A DNA stretch of 64,000 nt from Candidatus Multivoradales bacterium (lineage in GTDB: Bacteria > Acidobacteriota > Thermoanaerobaculia > Multivoradales > Multivoraceae): NCBI GenBank assembly GCA_965223325.1, contig CBDCWI010000002.1, positions 3,168,001-3,232,000 of the forward strand, read 5' to 3'. The position numbers and the translations under genes are program-made. Below are positions 1 through 8,346 of this stretch, one piece after another; position 1 is the first letter of the stretch, and each line of letters starts with the position of its first letter. The notes under the pieces were generated by a model that was given only the letters and a program-made list of their open reading frames with translations, did not search any database and was not told where the DNA came from.

Positions 1-1768
1 CAGCGTCCGAGTTGGCGATGGTGATCCGGCCGAACGGCTTACGCCCTTTCACCCAGGGTTTGTCCGCCTCGCTCGCATAGTCCGGCTCCCAGATGAGATC
101 GGGTCCGTATGAGTAACCGTGCGGCCAACGATTGACCGTTATGGCTTCAATGTCACGGTCGGAGTCAAAGCCGGCGGAGCCGAGGGCCTGGTCGAGTTGA
201 TCGCGCACGTGATGTTCAAAGACGTCGAAGGGCGTTCTCAAGAGGCGACGACGTGCTTCGCGCCACTGTTCTGGGCCGCTTATGTCCGGCGAGTGATGGA
301 CATGACACATGTGAAGAATCATTGGATCGCTTGGCGTCCGTGCGCGTTGGTAGCCGCCAAGCGAAACCGGGTAGTCAAGCTCGACCTGCTTGTAGAAGTC
401 GTCGGTGTAGTAAACGAAGTCCAGCCCCAGTTGGGCAAAGGCCTTCCAATCTGGGACGAGCACCTTTGTGTAGGTCAGGGGCACCTTGACGCCATAGGCC
501 AGCGCCTCTTTCTGCTCCGTCGGCAACTCGGGACAGAGGTAGGGGATGGTGCCGTTGTACCCCGCCAAGATGCACCGGTCGGCCCTTACCGTGTAAGCGT
601 TCTTGCCGTGAACGAAGGTCACGTCAACGGCCTTCTGGTTCTGTGTGTGCCTGGCATGCACGACCGTACTATTGAGCCGCACTCTGACGTTTTGATCCGG
701 CCGATCGAGTTGTGCATAGCGCACGCGGGCCGTCACCACATCCTCCATCGTCGACCCCGGAACGGCCTGCGGCAGCATGGACCGCACGAGCAGCCGTGCA
801 ACCGAAGCGTTGCCGTCTGGAAAGTGGAAGATGTACGGTTCGTCACCGCGGTGCCCCGCTCTCTCGAGAGTGTGCTCGAGCCCCGGCATGCCGCCGTCGT
901 AGGACTGCACCAGCGTGGCTGGAATCTCGTCGATACCGACACACCAGAAACTCATTCCCCAGCGGCGGTACATCTCGAGCAGCTGCGCATCGACGCCCAC
1001 ATAGTCGCGTAGGAAGGTCTCATAGCTGACCCGCCGAAGCTTTTCGTGCTTCTCTTCGTTGCGGAGCCCAGGCAGGTAGTCCTTCTTCTCCGTCCAGACT
1101 CGCACCAGGTCTTTCTTGGCCCGCTCGTTCAGGGGGGTCTGCGCTGCGAACTCCGGCCACGGGATCTTGTTGTATCCGACCGCCAGTTTCTGGGTGCCGA
1201 AGTTCGCCTTATCGAAGAGAATCCCCTTACTCAATCCCAGAGATCGATAGAGCTCCTGGTCGTAGGCCTGGTAGAACTTCCGGACATCGATCCCAATGTC
1301 TTTGAGCAGCCTTTTCGCAACCTGGCTGTACGCGGAAGGGGTGTCGATCGACTCGGTACCACCGTAGCCAATCCGGGTCGCACCGCCGCTTCGAAACTCG
1401 TTACGTTTCGCGTGGCCCCCAAAGTCGTCGTGGTTATCGAGAATCAGAATACGAGCCGAAGGCTCGCGCTGACTGTAGAAGTGGGCTGCCGAGAGGCCGC
1501 TGATCCCAGCCCCGACGACGACCAGGTCGTAGTGCTCTAGAGGCACGCCAGCAGACCAACGACGGCCGGCAACGCGCGCGTGCATACTCTCCCAGGAACC
1601 CTCATGACTGCCGCGCAGACCGGTCTTCGCCGGCGGATAGTAGTCGTCGCCAAGCTCGAACGGTTGCGCCTGGGCACCTCCAACTCCCGCACCAGGTCGG
1701 ATCAAGGCGGCGCCGATCGCAATCTGGGTCCCGTTCAAGAAATCGCGTCGCGTGATTCCTCGCTTCAT
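1..1768 (-). CDS. Tat-exported FAD-dependent oxidoreductase, spermidine dehydrogenase SpdH-like (3' end runs off window)
   Basis: Manual minus-strand translation, absent from the ORF track because it is truncated: MKRGITRRDFLNG (twin-arginine signal), YYPPAKTGLRGSH, DLVVVGAGISGL (FAD-binding), DNHDDFGGHAKRNEF, FHFPDGNASVARLLV, ITVNRWPHGYSY, GRITIANSDA. Confidence 0.8.
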   Translation of the reverse strand, partial: MKRGITRRDFLNGTQIAIGAALIRPGAGVGGAQAQPFELGDDYYPPAKTGLRGSHEGSWESMHARVAGRRWSAGVPLEHYDLVVVGAGISGLSAAHFYSQREPSARILILDNHDDFGGHAKRNEFRSGGATRIGYGGTESIDTPSAYSQVAKRLLKDIGIDVRKFYQAYDQELYRSLGLSKGILFDKANFGTQKLAVGYNKIPWPEFAAQTPLNERAKKDLVRVWTEKKDYLPGLRNEEKHEKLRRVSYETFLRDYVGVDAQLLEMYRRWGMSFWCVGIDEIPATLVQSYDGGMPGLEHTLERAGHRGDEPYIFHFPDGNASVARLLVRSMLPQAVPGSTMEDVVTARVRYAQLDRPDQNVRVRLNSTVVHARHTQNQKAVDVTFVHGKNAYTVRADRCILAGYNGTIPYLCPELPTEQKEALAYGVKVPLTYTKVLVPDWKAFAQLGLDFVYYTDDFYKQVELDYPVSLGGYQRARTPSDPMILHMCHVHHSPDISGPEQWREARRRLLRTPFDVFEHHVRDQLDQALGSAGFDSDRDIEAITVNRWPHGYSYGPDLIWEPDYASEADKPWVKGRKPFGRITIANSDA

Positions 1769-1919
1769 GACAGCTCCCGGTGTGATGGAGTCGCGAATGG
1801 GGCCCAGCGTCTCACATTGGGTGAGAGAGCACGATGCTCGGCGGACACCTCAGGGCAGGCGTTCTTCAACCGACCTTGAAAGAAAACCACCGTGAGGGCG
1901 AGAGCCAGCCACTACGACC

Positions 1920-2085
1920 CTAGTACCCCGTACCATTGAAACGGATAGTGGCTGAGCGGATGATCGTGCTCGAGATCAAGGCGTCACGACGCAGGCATAT
2001 CGGTGATCTGTCGAGGAGTGACAACACAGAGATCGAGCGCGAGGACCGCGCAGACGCTGTGCGTTTCAATGGTACGGGGTACTAG
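1920..2085. mobile_element. MITE, 158-bp non-autonomous element with perfect 20-bp terminal inverted repeats flanked by CTAG
   Basis: TACCCCGTACCATTGAAACG at 1924-1943 and its exact reverse complement at 2062-2081; CTAG at 1920-1923 and 2082-2085; no ORF inside. Confidence 0.8.
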
Positions 2086-3590
2086 TAGGGCCACTCACCC
2101 TCTGGATCGTAGTCGAGCACCCGGTTCGTGGGCAGGGCCTCCCGATCGACGACCTGGCCCGCGAAGATCACCCGTTCGATAAGCCGAAGGTTGGTGATGT
2201 CTTGCAGCGGATCGGCCGACAGAACGAGCAGGTCGGCAGACTTCCCGACTTCGAGCGAACCGGTCTCCGTACCCAGGCCGTAGGCCTCGGCACCGTTCCT
2301 CGTCGCGGCTTGGAGAATCCGTAGCTGACCAACGCCGAGGTCCTGCAGCGCTTCCATGCGCTCGAAGTGTGCGCGACCGAGCCTTCCCCACACCACCGGA
2401 CCAAGCTCGAGGGCTTCTGGCCCCTGATCCGTTGCCAGCGTAAAGACAACACCTGCATCCAGCCAGACTCGCAGCCCCTCGGCCCCCTGCTCGAGAAACT
2501 CGTCCAGTTGTGTGTCGAGCAGCGGGAGCTGGCGTTCTCTGAGAATGCGATGGAGGTGAGGGTCGGCCTTCTGTTCTCGCGCCGGGTTCCAGTTCAGGGT
2601 CCGCTCGAGGTTGCGGCGCGAAGGAATCGCCATGAGCCCGGATGCGATCTTGCGCTCTGCAATCTCCTTGACCAGCTCGCGAACCGCACGGCGCTGCGGC
2701 TCACTCGCCGAGCTGTATCCGAAACTCATCACGTTGGGGTGAATGAGGAGATCGCTGTCGACCTCGACAGCCAAACGGAGGCTCTCGACACTGAAGGTAT
2801 GCGTGGAGAACGGGATCTCGGCCTCGCGTGCCACGGCACGCATCCCCAGGAGCGCCTCTTTCGAGAACATCAGCGGTTCGACCGTTCCAAGGCCGTGCCC
2901 GCTCACACCGACCTTCAGAAAGTCGACTCCCTTGGCGATGTAGCTGCGCATCGCGTCCGCGACTTCTTCGGGGGTCATCGCCAACAGTTCCGGGCCTGCC
3001 CCCGCCTCCCACAGCGCGTCGATGCGCTGCCGGATCGCCGGGTGGACCCAACCCCCGTAGCGCAATGACGAACCAGCGACCGGCCACGAGCCCATGAAAT
3101 AGCTCGAGAATGGCCCGCCCGTTCCGACAATGTTGCCAGCAATAAGAATGCGACCGCCGGGGGCCTCCCCTCGGCGGATTCGATCGCGCGCTTCCAGCAA
3201 CGGCTCGAGAGGCCCCCAGGTGTCGGCCATGGTCGTCATGCCGTACTTGAGCCCCACCTGCGCCGACTCGACTGCGATCTCGGTGAGGCGGTCCTCGTAC
3301 TTGATGAAGAACTCGGGCACGGTCATCAGGATCAGATGGACATTCGTGTCCACCAGCCCCGGCGTGACGAAACGACCAGACAGGTCGAGATGCTCGCAGT
3401 CTTCTGGCACGTCCACATCGCCCAGCTCGACGATGCGACCGTCGCGCGCGACCAGCGTCGCCTGCGCGAGCGTACCCCGATCCGAAATCGTGTGGATCGT
3501 AGCGCCGCTCAACGCCAGACAGTCAGCGCGCGCTGCCCCTCCTCCCGCGAACGCAAGGAGAGCAAGCCCCAACAGAGATCGGTTGAACAA
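2082..3590 (-). CDS. Secreted amidohydrolase family protein (Amidohydro_1)
   Basis: Probable TTG start at 3590 just after the TBDR stop, followed by a signal peptide; FVTPGLVDTNVH, carbamylated-Lys-like FLKVG, THT, ATDQG, GSLEVGKSADLLVL. Confidence 0.8.
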   Translation of the reverse strand: MFNRSLLGLALLAFAGGGAARADCLALSGATIHTISDRGTLAQATLVARDGRIVELGDVDVPEDCEHLDLSGRFVTPGLVDTNVHLILMTVPEFFIKYEDRLTEIAVESAQVGLKYGMTTMADTWGPLEPLLEARDRIRRGEAPGGRILIAGNIVGTGGPFSSYFMGSWPVAGSSLRYGGWVHPAIRQRIDALWEAGAGPELLAMTPEEVADAMRSYIAKGVDFLKVGVSGHGLGTVEPLMFSKEALLGMRAVAREAEIPFSTHTFSVESLRLAVEVDSDLLIHPNVMSFGYSSASEPQRRAVRELVKEIAERKIASGLMAIPSRRNLERTLNWNPAREQKADPHLHRILRERQLPLLDTQLDEFLEQGAEGLRVWLDAGVVFTLATDQGPEALELGPVVWGRLGRAHFERMEALQDLGVGQLRILQAATRNGAEAYGLGTETGSLEVGKSADLLVLSADPLQDITNLRLIERVIFAGQVVDREALPTNRVLDYDPEGEWPY

Positions 3591-3604
3591 CGACCGAGTC
3601 CGAC

Positions 3605-5833
3605 CTACCAGTCGTAGCCGACGCGAAACGAGACTGTTCTCGGACGAATACTCGATGCCACCACCGCCTCGGTCAACGTGGGGCCTCCAGCACCCACAGA
3701 GAGTAGAGGGGTCGAATCGTCGACATTGTCGACACCCAGACGAAGCTCCCATGGGCCGAAGTATGCGCCAACCGAGACATTGATGACGTTCTGCGCCGGA
3801 ATTGGCACGGCACCGAAACCAGAGTTGAACCCTTCGGTCGAGGTCTCGTCTTTGTGCCAGTAGTTCGCGCGAAAGTAGCCCAGCCAGTCTTCGCCGAGCT
3901 GGAAGTTGTAGCCGAAGTCGGCAGACCATGCGTTCTTTGGCGTGCGCTGGAGCTTGTCTCCCTTCTCGATCAGCACACGCCCGGCCTCGGGGAAGATCAC
4001 CGCATCTTGCTGGAACTCGTTGTCGCTGTAGGTGTACGACAGCCCGGCGAAGACGCCTTTGCCGAGCAGATCCTGAGTGAACAGCTCGAGTTCGGCACCG
4101 TCCGCCTCGAGGTCCGACGCGTTGGCGGTGAAGGCAAACTGGCCGATGCTATCTCGCACTACGGCCTGCACGTCTTCCCAATCCATTCTGTAGACCGCCA
4201 GGTTGAGCGCCAGCTTGTTCCGCAGCCAGGTCGACTTGTAGCCCAGCTCGTAGTTGACGAGGCGATCGGGATCAAACTTGAGGAACTCGAGGGAGCTGTT
4301 CCACGCCTCACCGACGAAGGGATTGAACCCACCGACCCGGAAGCCCTCGGAGCGCATGAAGTAGAGCAAGTCGTTGTCACCCACCGCCTTGCTGAGGTGA
4401 AGCTTGTAGAACGAATCTTCGTCTCCGACTGTTCCAGTTTCCTGTCCGAAGCTGGTGCTCAGAAACTGCGTGTCCTGGTCGTTCTCGACCTCCCAGTCAA
4501 AGTAGCGTCCACCGAGCAGGAGCTCCCAGCCAGACCCCAACGAAAAGGTCACCTCGCCGAAAATCGCTTTCTCACTGATCTTCTCCGGACCACCGAGGGT
4601 GAAAACCGACACGCCGTCTCCGACCGCAAGGGGGCCTGGAGTCACCGGGTTAGAAACCTCGCGCTGCACGAACGTCTGGTTGGTGTCGTTCTCGTCCCAG
4701 AAGAGGCCACCGACCCATCGCACGCTCGACCCTCCAGTCGATGCGAGGCGCAACTCATGAGTCATCGAGTCGTCGTCTGCATCTTCGGCCGTCTTGGTCA
4801 ACGGCACGAAGCCAAAGGCTGACTCTGTGCCACTCTCGAATCGCCGATCGAGCGCATAGTAGGAACCGTTGTATGTCAAAGCACCCCAGCCGAAGACCTG
4901 GTCATAGATCACGTTGGTCAACGAGAACTCTTGATCGGCCGGGAGATCAAACAGAGGAATCGTGCGCTGACGACCGGGCAACGAAGGCTCGAAGAAACTG
5001 GGATAGTCCGCCGACAAGTCGGCGCGATGGTGGATCACCCGCAGCGCTGCCGAGTCGGACGCCTGGAAGAGTAGCGACGCGCGAAGTGCGGTCTCTTCAG
5101 AATCGTTGACGTCTTCCTGGCCGGTCGTCGGGTTGTCGACATACCCACCGTCTCCCACGTGCTGGGCGGCCAACCGCAAGGCCACGCGCTCGGCATTGAG
5201 CGGCAGATTGAGGAATCCGTTGACCAGAAAGCCGTCCGCGCCGCCGGACGTCGACGAGTACTCGGTCGCCAAGCGCGCGTGCATACCACCGAGCTGCGGC
5301 GCACGAGAAGCGAAAGAGATCAGGCCGCCGACAGCTTGCGAGCCCCAGAGAGTGCCCTGCGGACCGCGGAGTATCGCCACCTCCCCGATGTCGAACAGAC
5401 GGTAGTTGGCGCCAAATCTGGGGGCACCATCGAGGTACTGGCCGACCACCGAAACGGTGTTGTCGGCTACCGGCGAAAGACCGCGCATGGAGATCAACGA
5501 GTGTCCGCGTCCGGGGCCGCCGTTCTCGATGAAATTCGTGCCCGGAGACTGCACCACCAGTTCGTCGAACTCCACGACATCGAGTCGGTCGAGCCGGTCC
5601 ACATCAAAGGCGGTAATGGCAATAGGAAGTTCCTGGACCTTGACTTCACCCTGCTTCGTCGCAGCGACGGTCACGACGTCGTCAAACGTCTGGATGGGGG
5701 CGTCTTCGCCGTCTGTCTCCGTGTCCTGCGCCAGGCCTGGTTGTGTGAGCAGAAACAGACAGAACGGGAGCGCAAGCCAGATCGCCGACCTGTTAGGGAG
5801 CAGTCGTTTCCCGTCAACTCGAAAAGACCTCAT
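3605..5833 (-). CDS. TonB-dependent outer membrane receptor
   Basis: SD GGAGG before ATG 5833; signal peptide; DVVTVAATK TonB-box region; plug motif VAILRGPQGTLWGSQAVGG; NYELGYKS; C-terminal aromatic YDW. Confidence 0.9.
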   Translation of the reverse strand: MRSFRVDGKRLLPNRSAIWLALPFCLFLLTQPGLAQDTETDGEDAPIQTFDDVVTVAATKQGEVKVQELPIAITAFDVDRLDRLDVVEFDELVVQSPGTNFIENGGPGRGHSLISMRGLSPVADNTVSVVGQYLDGAPRFGANYRLFDIGEVAILRGPQGTLWGSQAVGGLISFASRAPQLGGMHARLATEYSSTSGGADGFLVNGFLNLPLNAERVALRLAAQHVGDGGYVDNPTTGQEDVNDSEETALRASLLFQASDSAALRVIHHRADLSADYPSFFEPSLPGRQRTIPLFDLPADQEFSLTNVIYDQVFGWGALTYNGSYYALDRRFESGTESAFGFVPLTKTAEDADDDSMTHELRLASTGGSSVRWVGGLFWDENDTNQTFVQREVSNPVTPGPLAVGDGVSVFTLGGPEKISEKAIFGEVTFSLGSGWELLLGGRYFDWEVENDQDTQFLSTSFGQETGTVGDEDSFYKLHLSKAVGDNDLLYFMRSEGFRVGGFNPFVGEAWNSSLEFLKFDPDRLVNYELGYKSTWLRNKLALNLAVYRMDWEDVQAVVRDSIGQFAFTANASDLEADGAELELFTQDLLGKGVFAGLSYTYSDNEFQQDAVIFPEAGRVLIEKGDKLQRTPKNAWSADFGYNFQLGEDWLGYFRANYWHKDETSTEGFNSGFGAVPIPAQNVINVSVGAYFGPWELRLGVDNVDDSTPLLSVGAGGPTLTEAVVASSIRPRTVSFRVGYDW

Positions 5834-5947
5834 GCCGCGTTCCTCCGTTGGATGGTCTGGAGCGCGATCGTCCCCAAGGGCAAGCACACTGACAAGGACT
5901 CTGCGTCAGCACGAGGCGGGCTGCGCCGAGCCGGTCTCCAAACGGGC

Positions 5948-6784
5948 TCAGCCGCCGGTTGAGTGTCCCTGCAGCCGCTGGCGGAAACCGTGACTGTAGG
6001 TGCGGCTCATCTTTACAACATCACCCTTATGGAGCACGATCTGGTAGTCACCGTGGGCGGTAGGTCGCAGCTCCTTGACTTGATCAAATCTCACCAGGGC
6101 GCGACGGTGAATGCGTCCGAACTCCGCTGCCAACGCTCGCTCCAATCGTGCAATCGAATCACGAATGGAATACTGCCTGTCCTCGGTGTGCAGTTTCGCG
6201 TAGTCGCCGTCGGCCTCGATCCAGAGCACGTCTGCTACGTCCACCGGCACCTCACGACCCTGGAGCCGCACGAGGAAACGATGAGCCGCCGAGGGTGCCG
6301 CGCTCGCTTCGGTCTCCGCTTCCGGGTAGAGCGACGACTGCAGTACTCGAGCGAGGTGCTGCCCTCGAATGCGCTCACGCAGTACACGGACCCGATCGAG
6401 CGCCTGCTCGAAGCGCTGGTCATCGATCGGCTTGAGCAGATAGTCGACCACGTTGGCTCGAAAGGCGTCGAGAGCGAACTGTGAGTACGCCGTGACCAGG
6501 ATCACCGCCATCTCGGACAGCGCTTCGACCAGGTTGTCATCGTCCGCCAGGCGCTCGAGCAGGGCGAGACCGTTCTCTCTAGGCATCTCGACGTCGAGGA
6601 ACAACAGATCCGGCGGATCTTCTCGGATTCGAGAGAAAGCGGAAGCCGCGCTCGCACACTCGCCAACCACCATCATGTCTTCGTGTTCTCGCAGCCGGAG
6701 GGACAAACCCTCGCAAGCCGCAGGCTCATCATCTACAACCAGGACGCGCACCGGCGTTCGCTCTTGCGAGATGTCGACGTTCAT
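5948..6784 (-). CDS. LytTR-family DNA-binding response regulator
   Basis: REC domain (VVDDEP, LFLDVEMP, TAYSQFA, YLLKP) plus LytTR domain (WIEADGDY, RIHRRALV, MSRTY); ATG overlaps the kinase TGA (ATGA). Confidence 0.92.
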   Translation of the reverse strand: MNVDISQERTPVRVLVVDDEPAACEGLSLRLREHEDMMVVGECASAASAFSRIREDPPDLLFLDVEMPRENGLALLERLADDDNLVEALSEMAVILVTAYSQFALDAFRANVVDYLLKPIDDQRFEQALDRVRVLRERIRGQHLARVLQSSLYPEAETEASAAPSAAHRFLVRLQGREVPVDVADVLWIEADGDYAKLHTEDRQYSIRDSIARLERALAAEFGRIHRRALVRFDQVKELRPTAHGDYQIVLHKGDVVKMSRTYSHGFRQRLQGHSTGG

Positions 6785-7923
6785 AGTGAGAGCCTGTCCG
6801 GGTTCTCTTGTTCCGTCATGAAGGGAATCTCGAGTCGGGCACAGACACGCCCATTCGGCGAAGCCGAGAGATCGAACGAATGCTCTGGAAACACATGCTG
6901 CAAGCGCTTGCGCGTGTTGGCGAGGCCAATTGCATCTTCCGCGCGCTCGCGCCACTGTCGGGCGAGGCCGATACCGTCGTTCTCGATCGCCACCGCCAAG
7001 CGCGCGCCATCGCGTCGCGCTCGGATTACGATTTCGCCACCACCGTCGAGCGCCGCGAGACCGTGCTGGATGGCGTTCTCGACCAGCGGCTGGAGTAGGA
7101 GTGGAGGTACCTGTGCGGGGCGAGCTCGAGCGTCAACGTCGAGCTTCACCTGGAGGCGCTCGCACCAACGAGCCTGCTGGATCTCAACGTACTCTTCGAC
7201 AAGGTCGAGCTCTTCGGCAAGGAGCACGGTCTCTCGGTTCTCGAGAGCCAGTACGCGGCTGAGGAAGCGGCCGAGGGCCGCAAGCATGGCACGCGCCGAA
7301 CGGTGATCGCCGCGCAGAATCTGCGTTGACACGGCATTCAGGGCGTTGAGCAGAAAATGAGGCTGCAACTGTTGGTTGAGAGCAGTGACCTGCGCTCGCG
7401 CGAGCTCGGCGAGGCGTTGCGCTTCACGTAGCTCCTCCCGACGCCGCCGGCTTTCCTGCTCGAGTGCATGGGTCACGAGTACGACCAGCAGATAGCCGAA
7501 CGACATCAATTGAACGTGCGTACTCGTGGCGAGCGTTACCATCCACCCGGAGAAGCCGTACTGCTGAGAAGGCCAGAAGTCGCGCGCCAGCGAGTACCAG
7601 AGCGAGTCGGCACTCAACATCAAAAGGGTGAGCGCCAGCCAGGCCACCACGTGGACCGCGATCGAGCGCAATCCCATGCGCGCTTCAACGGGGTGGCGCC
7701 GAGTGATGGCCGCCACCGCGAACGTAACGGGAATGAAGATCCACCACGTCGGCATCCCAACGAGAAACGCCTGCCACCAGCTGATCTCACCCCACCAGTA
7801 CTTGCCCGATTGATAGAGCTGAATGGAGTAGAGGACGCCGGGAAGGCTCCAGAGGAGAGCCACCAGCAAGAGCCGTTGTGGCCATTGCTGAGGCAAGAGT
7901 TGCCGTGCAGGCTTTTTGGTCAT
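6781..7923 (-). CDS. LytS/YehU-type membrane sensor histidine kinase
   Basis: Four N-terminal hydrophobic segments; QLQPHFLLNALN H-box, LLQPLVENAIQHG, NDGIG, IGLANTRKRL. Confidence 0.92.
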   Translation of the reverse strand: MTKKPARQLLPQQWPQRLLLVALLWSLPGVLYSIQLYQSGKYWWGEISWWQAFLVGMPTWWIFIPVTFAVAAITRRHPVEARMGLRSIAVHVVAWLALTLLMLSADSLWYSLARDFWPSQQYGFSGWMVTLATSTHVQLMSFGYLLVVLVTHALEQESRRRREELREAQRLAELARAQVTALNQQLQPHFLLNALNAVSTQILRGDHRSARAMLAALGRFLSRVLALENRETVLLAEELDLVEEYVEIQQARWCERLQVKLDVDARARPAQVPPLLLQPLVENAIQHGLAALDGGGEIVIRARRDGARLAVAIENDGIGLARQWRERAEDAIGLANTRKRLQHVFPEHSFDLSASPNGRVCARLEIPFMTEQENPDRLSL

Positions 7924-8346
7924 CGCGCTATGGTACCTCTGGATTGACCCCCGCGTTCACCGCTACGCTCGATCTTGGCGTGGCCCACGGCATGGCGGTC
8001 TCCCGAGAGCACAACAGCCGCTCCGTTTTTCTGACCGCTCATCGCCTCGAGTAGGCGCTGGTGTTGGCTGAACCACCCCTGTTGCCAGAGGCATTTGAGA
8101 CGGACGGTGTGTCAGGCGAAACTGAGCGTGGCCTCAGATCAGGCGTGCCGCGACCGCCTGGTTGGAATCGGCTTCGCCCTGGTCAGCCATTGCTCGACCT
8201 CTGGGGGTACCAGACCGGCCGGTAGGCCGCTGGCGGGAAGGTGACCATGGACGGCAGGAAGAGTCTTCGGTTGTGCGGCAGCGCGTGTCGACTAGAATCA
8301 AGGGCTCCACTCTCCAGATTGAGCTTTACCCTGCCCTGGTCCACTC

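Noticed and set aside
119-1879. Plus-strand ORFs 119-1012, 1046-1540, 1580-1879 and similar long antisense ORFs elsewhere (e.g. 8326-9618, 13784-15391, 31179-32981, 46546-48000)
   Set aside because: Antisense shadows of well-supported genes in high-GC DNA; no motifs
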